58,934 nt of DNA. Origin: Polaromonas sp. GTDB lineage: Bacteria; Pseudomonadota; Gammaproteobacteria; Burkholderiales; Burkholderiaceae_C. How positions within the stretch are numbered: the stretch's first letter is position 1; the number at the start of each line of letters is the position of its first letter. Made by a program: the position numbers and the translations under genes. The DNA is taken from positions 1-58,934 of the forward strand of contig JAYVGI010000171.1 in NCBI GenBank assembly GCA_043772355.1, written 5' to 3'. This document shows, piece after piece, positions 38,582 through 48,359 of the stretch. Below the pieces are notes generated by a model. It was not told the origin of the DNA. It searched no databases and saw only the letters and a list, made by a program, of their open reading frames with translations.

Positions 38582-38592
38582 ATCCCGACACT

Positions 38593-38940
38593 ATGGACAC
38601 ACCTAATATCCCCATGCGGCTGAACGTCACCGGCACGGTGAGGGCGGGCAACACCCTGGCCGCTGTACTTTTGATAGGGCATCCAATGGAATCGGGCTAC
38701 CGCACGCTGGATTCTGGCGAGCGCATCGCCAAAAACGTCATTACGTCCATCCGCGTGCAATTGAGCGGACAAGCGCTGTTTGACGCCGAAACCGGCATTG
38801 GTGTTTCAGCCCATCCCTACCTGGCCTTTCCTGTGCCTTTGCCCGCTACTTTGCCGCCAAACGATTTGGTATTAAGTGTGGCTTGGGTAGACGACAAAGG
38901 GCAGCGCGGTGAGATCAAGCGCGAACTCAAACCAAGCTAA
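38593..38940 (+). CDS. soxZ: SoxZ-like protein
   Basis: ORF 38578..38940 (TTG start). An ATG at 38593 is the alternative. Motifs RLNVTGTVRAGNTLAAVLLIGHPMESGYR...ITSIRVQLSGQALF are typical of SoxZ. Confidence 0.7.
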   Translation: MDTPNIPMRLNVTGTVRAGNTLAAVLLIGHPMESGYRTLDSGERIAKNVITSIRVQLSGQALFDAETGIGVSAHPYLAFPVPLPATLPPNDLVLSVAWVDDKGQRGEIKRELKPS

Positions 38941-38943
38941 GCC

Positions 38944-39777
38944 ATGAAAGCACTGGCGCTCTGGGTGTGCATGGGATGGGTGCAACTGGTATGTGCAGCC
39001 GAGACACTTGCCGACACACGCACCAGCGGCAGTGTCTACTTGTCGCCCCAACTCCAAGCACTGCAAAAAGACAGCAACGCCAACCCGGTTGCGCTGTGGA
39101 TAGACCGTGGCACCAGCCTGTGGCAAAGCCAATGCCAAAGCTGCCACGCGGGTATGGACTCACTTAAACGCAGCGCAGCCAGCTTTCCGCGCTTGGCACC
39201 GGATGGTAAAAGCCTGCGCAATCTTGAAGACCAAATTGCCGTTTGCGAGCAGCGCAGTGGCAGTGCGGCAAAGTCTCCCATTCCTGCCAACGCCAGTGCC
39301 ACCAGCAACACCGCCAGTGCGGACAACTTGACTAAACCCACATTTTCTTTACCCAACGACCATGAAGATGTGCTGGCCTTGAGCGCCGCCTTGCAGCAGG
39401 CCGCCCAAGGCGAGCGCATCAGCGTAGCCGCCAGCAGTGGCCAAGATGCCCTGTGGCAGGCAAGACTACAAAGCGGTCAGCAGCTGTACCAAACGCGCAT
39501 GGGCCGCATCAATCTGGCCTGTATGCACTGCCACGACCAAAAAGTAGGCGCGCAAATGCGCGCCGATGTGATTACCCAGGGCCACCCTACGGGTTTCCCC
39601 ATCTACCGGATGAGCTGGCAAACCCTGGGCTCCACAGAGCGCCGCCTGCGCGCCTGCTACTCTGGCGTGCAAGCGCCATTGCCTGCGCCAGGCAGCTCTG
39701 ACCTGCGAGATCTAGAGCTGTTTATGAAAGTGCGCGCCAACGGCATGGTGCTGGATGGGCCGTCGATTCGGCGTTGA
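38944..39777 (+). CDS. soxA: SoxA-like dihaem c-type cytochrome
   Basis: 277 aa. Signal peptide MKALALWVCMGWVQLVCA. Two CxxCH motifs (CQSCH, CMHCH). Conserved ...ERRLRACYSGV... carries the candidate haem-ligating Cys. Confidence 0.8.
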   Translation: MKALALWVCMGWVQLVCAAETLADTRTSGSVYLSPQLQALQKDSNANPVALWIDRGTSLWQSQCQSCHAGMDSLKRSAASFPRLAPDGKSLRNLEDQIAVCEQRSGSAAKSPIPANASATSNTASADNLTKPTFSLPNDHEDVLALSAALQQAAQGERISVAASSGQDALWQARLQSGQQLYQTRMGRINLACMHCHDQKVGAQMRADVITQGHPTGFPIYRMSWQTLGSTERRLRACYSGVQAPLPAPGSSDLRDLELFMKVRANGMVLDGPSIRR

Positions 39778-39783
39778 TAGCGC

Positions 39784-39813
39784 AAAAAAATCGCCTTGAC
39801 GGCGATTTTTTTT
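39784..39813. terminator. Bidirectional intrinsic terminator between convergent soxA and the Mo-oxidoreductase gene
   Basis: aaaaaaatcgcc-ttgac-ggcgattttttt: a perfect stem flanked by an A-tract and a T-tract. Confidence 0.8.
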
Positions 39814-39834
39814 GCAGTCATATCAGATCGCTGC

Positions 39835-42078
39835 TCAAGCAAACGTAAACCCATGGTTCTTCAGCGGCAGGTTGCGCACCGGCTTGCCTGTGGCTGCAAA
39901 GATGGCGTTCAGCACCGCTGGGGCCACCACGCAAATGGTCGGCTCGCCTACGCCGCCCCAGAAGTCGTAAGTGGGGACGATGACGGTTTCGACCTTGGGC
40001 ATTTCTTTGATCTTCAAAATGCGGTAAGTGTCAAAGTTAAGCTCTTTCACGCGTCCAGCGTCGATGGTGTTTTCACCAAACAGGGTGGCCGACAGGCCGT
40101 AGGCTACGCCGCCTTCTACCTGGGCTGCAATCTGGTCGGGGTTCACCGCGTGGCCGCAGTTGGTGGCTAGCACCATGCGGTGGATTTTTAATTCTCCGCC
40201 TGCGGTGACGGAGACTTCAGCCGTAGCAGCAGAGTAGCTGCCGTAGCCCATGAACTGGGCAATGCCACGGAAGACGCCAGCCGGCAGCGGTTTGCCCCAG
40301 TCGCCTTTTTCGGCAGCGGCGTTGAGCACCGCCAAATGCTTGGGGTGATTTTTCAGCAGGGCGCGGCGAAATTCGAGCGAGTCTTTGCCAGCGGCTTTGA
40401 CAATCTCTTCCATAAAACATTCGGCGTACACGGCGTTTTGGTTGGTGTTGACACCGCGCCACGGGCCCACGGGCACATGGGTGTTGCGCATGACGTATTC
40501 GGTCAGCAGGTTGGGCACGGTGTAGCCAAACTGCGCGTCGCCTTCTTCCTTCCAAAAGCCTTGCAACTGGCGCTCGTCTTTGCCTTCTTTGATGGCCAGG
40601 GGGTTGAGCAGGGCGTTGATGGACTGGCCCGACACGCGCATGTGCAGACCTACCAAGTTTCCGTCTGCGTCCAGGCCAGCCGTCATTTTGGCTTGTGAGA
40701 TGGGGCGGTAAAAGTCGTGTGCCTGGTCTTCTTCGCGGCTCCACAGCAGCTTGATGGGCGTGCCCATAAATTGCTTGGCAATCGCGGTGGCTTGTTGCAC
40801 ATAGTCTTGCGTGCCGCCACGTCGGCCAAAGCCGCCGCCCAGGTCCATTTTGTAGATCTCGCACTGCGCCAGCGGTATGCCTGCGGCCTCGGCCAGCGCG
40901 GCGTGGGAGGCCTCGCCGTTTTGCGTGGGCACCCAGCACTCGGCGCGCTCGATCTTGCCGTCGGCCCCTGCAGTGAGCTTGACGGTGGCATTCATCGGCT
41001 CCATGGGGGCATGGGCCAGGAAGGGGCTGCTGTAAGTAGCCTCGATCTTTTTAGCGGCCTTGGCGATAGCGCCTAATGCGTCGCCTTCGTTACGGCCTGC
41101 TACGCTGCCCAGCGGCACCGTGGAGGCCAAGCCCTCGGCCAAATGCGCAGCAATGCTGGTGCTGTTGACTTTGGCGTTGACGCCTTCGTCCCAGACGATG
41201 GGCAACTTCTCTAGCGCGTTCTTGGCGCGCCACCAAGTGTCGGCCACCACGGCTACGGTGCTGGCATTCACGCGCACCACCTTCTTTACGCCACGCAGAT
41301 TTTTAACGGCGTTTTCGTCAAAGCTTACCAGTTTGCCGCCAAACACGGGGCAGTCTTTGATGGCGGCGCACAGCATGCCGGGCAGGGCAATGTCGGCACC
41401 GTACATCAGGCTGCCGTTGAGTTTTTCAGCGGTGTCGATACGCGCCATCGGTTTGCCAGCCAGCGTCCAGTCTTTGGGATTTTTCAGATGGATGGCTTTC
41501 AGGTCCGGTGCTTCAAGCTTGGCGGCTGCACCGGCTACTTGGCCATAGGTCAGTTTGCGGTTGCTGGCGGCGTGGGTGATCACGCCCTGGGCGGTTTTCA
41601 GCTCGGCGACGGGCACATTCAGTTGGTTGGCCGCAGCCTGCACCAGCATCATGCGGGCGGCTGCGCCGCCCCGGCGCACATAGTCTTGCGAGATGCGGAT
41701 GCCCCGGCTGCCGCCGGTGGACATCTCGCCCCAGGCGCGTTTGCGGGCTACGCTTTGGCCAGGGGTAGGCATCTCGGTGGTGACTTTTTTCCAGTCGCAT
41801 TCGAGTTCTTCGGCGACCAACTGCGCCAAGCCGGTGCGGGTACCTTGGCCCATCTCGGAGCGGGCAATGCGGATCACGCAGGTGTTGTCGGGCTTGACCA
41901 CCACCCAGACGTTGACTTCAGCAGCCTCGCCATGGGTTTGAGCGGTAGCGTCTTGCATGAATGCGGGCAGGCCCAGGGCCAAGCCGCCAGCGGCGACAGC
42001 GCCCGTGCTGACGATGAAGCTGCGGCGGGAAACCTTGGGCGTGAGGGTAGGGAGCAATGGAGTGACAGGGGTGTTCAT
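39835..42078 (-). CDS. Molybdopterin-binding large subunit of an IorB/aldehyde-oxidase-type oxidoreductase (xanthine dehydrogenase family)
   Basis: 747 aa. Tat signal SRRSFIVSTGAVAAGGLALGLPAF. Typical blocks ...SEMGQGTRT..., GGGFGRR..., ...NPDQIAAQVEGG... Confidence 0.9.
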   Translation of the reverse strand: MNTPVTPLLPTLTPKVSRRSFIVSTGAVAAGGLALGLPAFMQDATAQTHGEAAEVNVWVVVKPDNTCVIRIARSEMGQGTRTGLAQLVAEELECDWKKVTTEMPTPGQSVARKRAWGEMSTGGSRGIRISQDYVRRGGAAARMMLVQAAANQLNVPVAELKTAQGVITHAASNRKLTYGQVAGAAAKLEAPDLKAIHLKNPKDWTLAGKPMARIDTAEKLNGSLMYGADIALPGMLCAAIKDCPVFGGKLVSFDENAVKNLRGVKKVVRVNASTVAVVADTWWRAKNALEKLPIVWDEGVNAKVNSTSIAAHLAEGLASTVPLGSVAGRNEGDALGAIAKAAKKIEATYSSPFLAHAPMEPMNATVKLTAGADGKIERAECWVPTQNGEASHAALAEAAGIPLAQCEIYKMDLGGGFGRRGGTQDYVQQATAIAKQFMGTPIKLLWSREEDQAHDFYRPISQAKMTAGLDADGNLVGLHMRVSGQSINALLNPLAIKEGKDERQLQGFWKEEGDAQFGYTVPNLLTEYVMRNTHVPVGPWRGVNTNQNAVYAECFMEEIVKAAGKDSLEFRRALLKNHPKHLAVLNAAAEKGDWGKPLPAGVFRGIAQFMGYGSYSAATAEVSVTAGGELKIHRMVLATNCGHAVNPDQIAAQVEGGVAYGLSATLFGENTIDAGRVKELNFDTYRILKIKEMPKVETVIVPTYDFWGGVGEPTICVVAPAVLNAIFAATGKPVRNLPLKNHGFTFA

Positions 42079-42096
42079 GGTGGTGTTGCTTCCGTA

Positions 42097-42699
42097 TCAA
42101 GCGGTATGGTGGTGGTCGCAAGCGGTGGCAACCGGGGTGCCGGGGGTCGCAGGTAAGTTGGCTGCCAGCACCTCAAAGGCCTTTGCGCCTGAGTGCTCAG
42201 CCGCATACAGACCGGTAAATTCGCCCGTATAGCCATTGGCCGCAGCCATCTTTTTATTGCCCGCTGCCAAATGGATGGCAGCGCGGATGCGCTGGTAGGT
42301 ACCGCAGCGGCAGATATTGGTCATCGCGTCGTCAATGTCTTTGTCGGTTGGCTTAGGGTTGTTCTTGAGCAACGACACCGCTGCCATGATCTGGCCCGAC
42401 TGGCAGTAGCCGCACTGCGGTACATCTACGGCAGCCCAGGCTTTTTGCACGGGGTGGCTGCTGTCTTTGGACAGGCCTTCAATGGTGGTGATGGGCACGC
42501 CCGCCAAAGCAGAAGCGGGGATGGAGCAAGAGCGCACTGGCGAGCCGTTCAAATGCACGGTGCAGGCACCGCACTGCGCAATGCCGCAGCCGTATTTGGT
42601 GCCCGTCATGCCCAGCACCTCGCGCAGCGCCCACAGCAGGGGCATGTCGGGTTCTACATCCACAGAGTGGTTTTTACCGTTAACGTTAAGGGTGATCAT
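42097..42699 (-). CDS. (2Fe-2S)-binding small subunit (IorA-like) with a C-terminal extension of about 50 aa
   Basis: 200 aa. Fer2 motif [12 protein letters not shown] and second cluster motif QCGYCQSG...CRCGTY. Confidence 0.9.
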   Translation of the reverse strand: MITLNVNGKNHSVDVEPDMPLLWALREVLGMTGTKYGCGIAQCGACTVHLNGSPVRSCSIPASALAGVPITTIEGLSKDSSHPVQKAWAAVDVPQCGYCQSGQIMAAVSLLKNNPKPTDKDIDDAMTNICRCGTYQRIRAAIHLAAGNKKMAAANGYTGEFTGLYAAEHSGAKAFEVLAANLPATPGTPVATACDHHHTA

Positions 42700-42798
42700 G
42701 GGGGCATCCTAGGGTTATAAAAATGGGTTGATCAGGTGCTAAATAAGCGACAATCGTTTATACCGCAACTGCGCACCACCAGCTATAGTTTCTACCCT

Positions 42799-43821
42799 AT
42801 GAACCCCGCAAAAAACTCACCCGCCACCTCCAGAAAAATCGCGCACTTCCATGTGCAGCCTGTCGGCCTGGGCTGCATGAATCTAGACCACGCTTATGGC
42901 CCCAGCGTCAGCCCAGAGCAGGGCGAGCGTGTGCTGCTAGGCGCGCTGGACGCAGGCTACAACTTTTTTGACACCGCCACCCTGTATGGATTTGGCAAAA
43001 ACGAAGACCGCTTGGGCCAGGTGCTGGCCAAGCACCGCAGCCAATTTGTACTGGCCAGCAAATGCGGCATGGGTGGCGTCACTGCCGACGGGGTCACCCG
43101 ACGCGTGATCGATGGCCGCCCCGCCACCATCAAACAGCAGTGTGAAGACAGCCTGCGCCGCCTGAAAACCGAGGTGATTGACCTGTACTACCTGCACCGC
43201 TGGGACAAAAAAGTACCCATCGAAGAAAGTGTAGGTGCGCTGGGTGATTTGGTGCGCCAAGGCAAGGTCCAAGCAGTCGGTTTAAGCGAGGTCAGCGCCA
43301 CGACCTTGCGCAAAGCGCACGCCGAGCACCCTATCGCCGCCGTGCAAACCGAGTACTCACTGTGGACGCGCGATGCCGAGGTGGCCGTGCTGCACGCCTG
43401 CCAAGAGCTGGGCACCGCCTTTGTCGCCTTCAGCCCGGTAGCGCGCGGCTACCTGTGCGGCCTGCGTGACCTGAGCGGCCTGGATGCCAAAGACATCCGC
43501 CGTGGCATGCCGCGCTTTAACGCATACAACTATGCGGCCAACCTCACACTGGCCGTTGCATACGAGACCATTGCCAAAGAGCACGGCTGCACACCAGCCC
43601 AACTGGCGCTGGCTTGGCTGCTGCACAAAGCGCAGCACATCATTCCCATTCCCGGTACTACCAATGCAGACCATATGCGTGACAACATCGCGGCCCGCGA
43701 AATCAGTTTGTCTGACGTGACGATGCAGCAGCTCGATGCGCTGATCAACCAGCGCACGGTAGTGGGCGCGCGGTACGACCTGCAGTCGCAGTCTGAGGTA
43801 GATACTGAAATTTTTGAGTAA
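42799..43821 (+). CDS. Aldo/keto reductase
   Basis: ORF 42736..43821, with the ATG at 42799. AKR motifs LGCMNL, FFDTATLYG, ...DLYYLHRWD..., ...IPIPGT... Confidence 0.9.
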   Translation: MNPAKNSPATSRKIAHFHVQPVGLGCMNLDHAYGPSVSPEQGERVLLGALDAGYNFFDTATLYGFGKNEDRLGQVLAKHRSQFVLASKCGMGGVTADGVTRRVIDGRPATIKQQCEDSLRRLKTEVIDLYYLHRWDKKVPIEESVGALGDLVRQGKVQAVGLSEVSATTLRKAHAEHPIAAVQTEYSLWTRDAEVAVLHACQELGTAFVAFSPVARGYLCGLRDLSGLDAKDIRRGMPRFNAYNYAANLTLAVAYETIAKEHGCTPAQLALAWLLHKAQHIIPIPGTTNADHMRDNIAAREISLSDVTMQQLDALINQRTVVGARYDLQSQSEVDTEIFE

Positions 43822-43849
43822 GAGACAGATGCCATACAAAGCGGCAAAC

Positions 43850-43990
43850 TCAAGCTGCTCGCCACCTGGGGCGTGCAGCGCACAGCGCAGTTCAAAGACC
43901 CCCCACGCTGAAAGAGCAGGGCTTTAACGTGGTGGTAGATGCAGCCAACGGCATTGGCGCACCTGTAGAGCGGCTCAAGCGGAAAGAATT
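43850..43990 (+). pseudogene. Fragment of a Bug-family binding-protein gene (C-terminal part, frameshifted)
   Basis: Reads GKLKLLATWGVQRTAQFKDPP(frameshift)TLKEQGFNVVVDAANGIGAP, resembling the ...GKL+.LAV....R....PDVPTL.E.G... block of Bug proteins. No start codon. Confidence 0.4.
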
Positions 43991-44004
43991 GATCCAAAAA
44001 GGCT

Positions 44005-44354
44005 GAGCCAGTTTGTGCACCACAAGGGCTCTCGGTCAACAGGGCTAGCAGCCATGGCGCGCGGACTGTTCAACACCAACGACAGCATGGACAGGCCTTG
44101 CTCGGTATGAGCGTTTCAAGCAAGGCTCCTGCACGTGTGGTGATACCGGGTGTAATCGGCAGCAGCTGCGCATGGCGCTGGGTCAGCATCTTCTTGAGCG
44201 CCAGTAGTTCGGTTTTGTTGTGCATACCTTGCACTAGTTCAAAGTAGCTCACCTAAGAAAGAATCAAGGCAGGCAGTTGGTTCAGCCGCTGGGTTGCTTG
44301 AGGGTAGCCTCGCAGATGCCAGATCAGTACATCGGTACCAACGAGTACGTTCAT
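44005..44354 (-). pseudogene. Decayed PIN-domain (VapC-like) toxin gene
   Basis: The reverse complement from the ATG at 44354 reads MNVLVGTDVLIWHLRGYPQATQRLNQLPALILS*VSYFELVQGMHNKTELLALKKMLTQRHAQLLPITPGITTRAGALLET... It has an in-frame TAG, and the C-terminal part is out of frame. Confidence 0.55.
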
Positions 44355-44533
44355 GGAATATTTCGTGCACCATCACGCCCATAGCGCGGCTCTCTCAGTT
44401 TGCGCACATAAGCTGGTACATCCGCCATGTCTTGTCTATCGCGCCAGATACCAAAAGCGGGATCACTGGTCTCAAAAGGCACTTCTTGCACGACCTCTTC
44501 TTCAATGCGCACGCGCACTTGGGCAGACCCCAC
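44351..44533 (-). pseudogene. Remnant of the cognate antitoxin (stop overlaps the vapC-like ATG, ATGA)
   Basis: C-terminal ...DPAFGIWRDRQDMADVPAYVRKLREPRYG resembles the tails of some VapB-type antitoxins. No convincing N-terminus or start. Confidence 0.4.
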
Positions 44534-44661
44534 CAGCTGCAGCTTTTTGCGCCAAAAGCGAATGCCACGTGGCTCGTGCGCCCGCCGCGCAGGTCTTATG
44601 ATCTCGACCGCGCACCCCAGTCTGCGCGGCGTGCTGTGGTGGTGTGCACTTCAACACCCCA

Positions 44662-44905
44662 CTTACTCTATAAATCATAGCACTCCATCTAAGCAGGCCA
44701 GTGGGGTACACGGGGTAGCGGCATTAAATGGATGCGCCGCAGGAAACTGGGTCACTATTTGCCGTAAACCTGGCTGTAGACCACTGCAGTCGAACTAGTC
44801 ACTACTCATTCCATAGCTGCTCCCGCTTTATTCTAGGAGGCTACAGCGCGATAAGTATCTCAAAAGCGGCGCCAAAACCGGTGAATTTCCAGTTTACAGC
44901 CGATT
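44662..44905 (+). repeat. Second copy of the intergenic element of about 250 nt (paralogue of 11212..11460)
   Basis: See 11212..11460. Contains an ATAGCTGCT-type unit at 44800-44847. Confidence 0.65.
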
Positions 44906-44944
44906 TTCAGGCCCTCGGAAGGTTCGTCGTTCTTCTAACTGCGT

Positions 44945-45184
44945 TTAATGGCGCGGGCCACGCGCAGCGCGCGCCGCCTTGACTTCGGCATTGATCTCTT
45001 GCATCGACATCGGCGCAATATCCGCCGCCGCCACGCGCCCGGCAATGGACAACAACGAATCCGCCGCCGCACGCCTGCGCAGTGCCTGCGTGAGCAGTCT
45101 GTCCAGGGCTTGGGGGGTTAACAAACCAGCCGCACGCGCAGCCAGGGCGGTGGTGTCGGGCAATTCAATTTGCAGTGTAGTCAC
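44945..45184 (-). CDS. Orphan antitoxin-like protein (no toxin gene downstream)
   Basis: 79 aa. MTTLQIELPDTTALAARAAGLLTPQALDRLLTQALRRR...MSMQEINAEVKAARAARG resembles antitoxins that normally precede PIN toxins. Repeats occupy the position where the toxin would be. Confidence 0.5.
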   Translation of the reverse strand: MTTLQIELPDTTALAARAAGLLTPQALDRLLTQALRRRAAADSLLSIAGRVAAADIAPMSMQEINAEVKAARAARGPRH

Positions 45185-45241
45185 AAGTGTATTCCTCTAC
45201 TGAAAAGTCACCAATCTGCGTCCATTGTATGAGCCAATGCA

Positions 45242-47906
45242 TTGCGCCGCCAAACGTGGTCACTATTCGGTGACGCACGCAAGGGCTTCGAAGGCCACAA
45301 AGTGACCTATGATCGAAACGGCAACCGTACCAGGGACACCACCTACGGCAACCAAGTCAGCCGAGGCGCCGATATCTATCTTGGCACCAACACCGCAGGC
45401 AACTTAGTCGCCTACACCTTGGAGAACTACGAGTCCAGCCGGTACAACAACCACTACACCATGGCCCTGGAGCGGAGCCGACTTTAACTTTGGCTACCAG
45501 CCGATCAACGGCAACTACCCCAGCGCCAGCGTCGGCAGCTACCAGGTAGCCACCGGCGACACCCTGCAAAGCATCGCCCAAGGGGCCTACGGCGACAGCA
45601 GCCTGTGGTACCGCATAGCGGATGCCAACGGATTAGCCAGCAACGCTGACCTGCGTGTGGGCCAAACCCTGAGCATCCCCAACCGGGTAGGCACCGTGCA
45701 CAACTACGGGGCCAACAGCGCCGCCGGGGGTGCCAGCGGTACCGGCAGCTTCAAACCCTATGACCCGAGCAAGGTGCAGGGGGACAGCACGCCCAACTTG
45801 CCCGCACCGCAGGCTGAAGACGGTGGCTGTGGCGGTTTGGGGCAGATACTGATCATCATTGTGGCGATTGTGGTTACGGTGGTGACCTATGGGGCAGCAG
45901 CCCAAGCCGGTGCCAGCCTCATCGTAGCCGGTGCAGTAGGCGGCGCAGCCGGTGCCATCGCCAGCCAAGCGGTGGCTATCGCCATCGGCCTGCAAGACGA
46001 CTTTAACTGGAAAGGCGTGGCCCTGGCCGCCATTGGTGGGGCCATCGGCGGCGGGCTGTCCACATATGCTCCACTAGGTGGGGCCGTCAACAGCACCGCC
46101 AACGTCATCGTGCGCGCTGCCGTAGGCAATGCAATGACCCAGGGCGTCGCCGTGGCCACCGGCTTGCAAGCCAAGTTTGACTGGAAGGGCGTGGCCATCG
46201 CCGCCGTAGGCGCAGGCTTAGGCAGCGCTGTGTCCGAGGGCTTGGGCGACAGCGTCATGCGCGACGACGACGGCAACGCCTTCCTGGATGCCAAAGGCAA
46301 CTTTGAGCGCTGGAAGGGCAGTGGCGTGATGGCCGAGCTGGGGCGCAGCGGCGACATCATCCGCAGCAGCCTGTCAGGCGCGGCGGCTGGCATTACCGCA
46401 GCCAGCATGCGCGGCGGGCGGGTTGACATCACACGCATCGCCTCGGACGCCTTCGGCAACGCCCTGGGCAATAGCTGGGGTGAGCAGATCAATGCCAGTG
46501 TGCAGGAGGGGAAACTGCGCGAGGTGAGTGCTGGGCAGCAGGGCACGGGGCCTTATTCGGCAAACGATTACCGCAATGGCATGGACATGGATAGTGATAA
46601 CTACAACCCAAGCCAAGCTTGGGGTACCAGTCAATCGATTGATCGAAGCGGTTTTTCTAGAACAAATGCACTCATGGCAGACAGTTCAAATCCATCGTTT
46701 GTGATGGATCTTCCACCCAGCGATGAGGAGCTCAATGCAAACGGTGAACGCCCCGGCCTTGTTGCTGGACCAGGCGTAGCCAAATCAGGGCCAGGTATCC
46801 GCGCCCGTAGCCAGGCTTTGATGACGCAATACTTGGATGCAGCTTATCTACCCGAAGGTCAAGAACGCCTGCGCGCACAACACGAAAGTTTATTGGGTAT
46901 TCGGCAACTGCTGGGTGAATATGACAGTAACCCCAAATACTTGCAAGACGAGCTGGCCAATATGCAGCAGATGGCCTCGGGAGGAAAGGGCTTAGTCGGG
47001 CAGCGTTTTGGTGGCACTTCTGCCGATCAGCCTTACAGCATGATTGAAGTGGCGGCTGGTTCGGTTCTGAATCAAAACGCTCTGGGTCTTGGCTCAATCA
47101 TGATGCCCTTGACCAGCAATGAATTCTCTTTCCGCCGCAATGGTGATGCCATGGGTGGATTCATGGCATTGCTGTCCATGGCGGATCGCGATGGTGTGAT
47201 TGATGGCTTACGCGACATTGGTAATCAAGAGGTCAATGCCTTTGGGCGTCCGATGAATGCCTTACAGTTTGCCGGCACTCGGGAATCGGCCGGTAGTGTG
47301 ATGATGATGCTTGGCACGAGCCCTGCGCTAGCTGCTGGGCAGTTTGCACGAGGTGTTGCCACCAGTAAAGCGATGGCAGCAGAGGCTTGGGTTCAGGGTG
47401 CTGCTAACAGGTATTTGTCGCAGGTGGACGTGCGGGGGAGTTCGTTCTTGGCGGATCAGGCGTTGTCCGTTGGTAGTTCAGTACGAGTTCTCCCGAAGAA
47501 CTGGCAGGGACCTTCTGCGGGTACGGGGCGTTTTGTTGGTGAAAAAGGCAACTCTGAATTTGTTCTTAGCAGCAGCGCAGCAAAAGAGTTGAATCTTCCA
47601 CAAGGTACGACCGTTCGATTTGTGAATGGTACACCTGACTTCGGACCACAAACTATCAAGACACCAGCGGGAACTTCCGGTAGCTTCAGCGTAGAAGAAT
47701 TAACGTATAGTCGTGGTAACGACGCTACAGCCACAGTTAGGCACTTAGCCAATGAGTCAAACATGACACCAAGTCAGGTGAGAGCGTGGTTGAGGGAGCA
47801 AGACGTTCGCATGCACCACTTCCAGGGCAACGTAATGCAACTGGTACCAACGCGGTTGCATCAAGTTGTGCACCATACGGGCTCGGTTGGAATGAGTGGA
47901 AAGTAA
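45242..47906 (+). pseudogene. Orphan polymorphic-toxin module 1: YD-repeat fragment joined by deletion and frameshift to LysM, TM/Gly-zipper region and an HNH/EndoVII-fold (WHH/GH-E-like) nuclease C-terminus
   Basis: 45242-45476 (frame 2) reads ...YDRNGNR...AGNLVAYTLENYESSRYNNHYTMAL. From about 45474 (frame 0, open from 45408, no ATG) it reads GADFNFGYQPINGNYP..LysM..GCGGLGQILIIIVAIVVTV..., near-identical at nucleotide level to 53520-54330. About 350 nt (equivalent to 53585-53935) are missing at the junction. The C-terminus is ...RMHHFQGNVMQLVPTRLHQVVHHTG. Confidence 0.75.
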
Positions 47907-47909
47907 AAA

Positions 47910-48359
47910 ATGTCGATCAACAGCATACTTATCAAAAAGATTCAGCCTATTTATTCGCAGTATGAGCCTGCCAGCGAACTTGAAGTGGTAGAGGCCGAAC
48001 GCGTTATAGGCGCGAGATTCCCTGAAGTGTTACGTGATCTCCAGCTTCACTACGGCCGTCTAGGGTTTGCTGGTGATACACGTATCTGGTGCGATGAGTT
48101 GAGCGACCAATTGTCTCCATTTACAGTTTTTGGATGCAAAGGTGACAAAGGTAATTTGGTAATGGATTACACCGACCATCCTGATTTGCAAGCTCGAAAA
48201 CTAGTTCCATTTGCGGATGATTTGTTAAACAATAGGTTTGTATTTGACGTAACAAGTGAAGCCATCTATTTTGTAGACTACTGTCGAACTCGTGCAATTT
48301 ACCCGTTAGCAAGTTCGCTGAGCGAATTCTTTGATCGAATCGAACTCATCCCCGAGTAG
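47910..48359 (+). CDS. SMI1/KNR4 (SUKH-1) family immunity protein
   Basis: 149 aa, starting 4 nt after the toxin stop. The N-terminal pattern ...SELEVVEAERVIGARFPEVLRDLQLHYG... and the overall size fit SUKH immunity proteins. Markedly lower GC than its surroundings. Confidence 0.75.
   Translation: MSINSILIKKIQPIYSQYEPASELEVVEAERVIGARFPEVLRDLQLHYGRLGFAGDTRIWCDELSDQLSPFTVFGCKGDKGNLVMDYTDHPDLQARKLVPFADDLLNNRFVFDVTSEAIYFVDYCRTRAIYPLASSLSEFFDRIELIPE

Noticed and set aside
42097-42250. C-terminal extension of about 50 aa on the IorA-like 2Fe-2S subunit, and the absence of a cytochrome c third subunit.
   Set aside because: The extension is low-complexity (Ala/Gly/Thr/His) and may simply be a linker. 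Two-subunit IorAB-type enzymes are common. There is not enough evidence for a separate claim.
45657-47906. Treating ORF 45657..47906 (GTG start) as an intact 749-aa gene.
   Set aside because: Homology to the longer copy continues upstream to about 45474 in the same frame and to 45242 in another frame. The GTG is internal to the LysM-coding segment and has no RBS, so the locus is annotated as a truncated orphan module.
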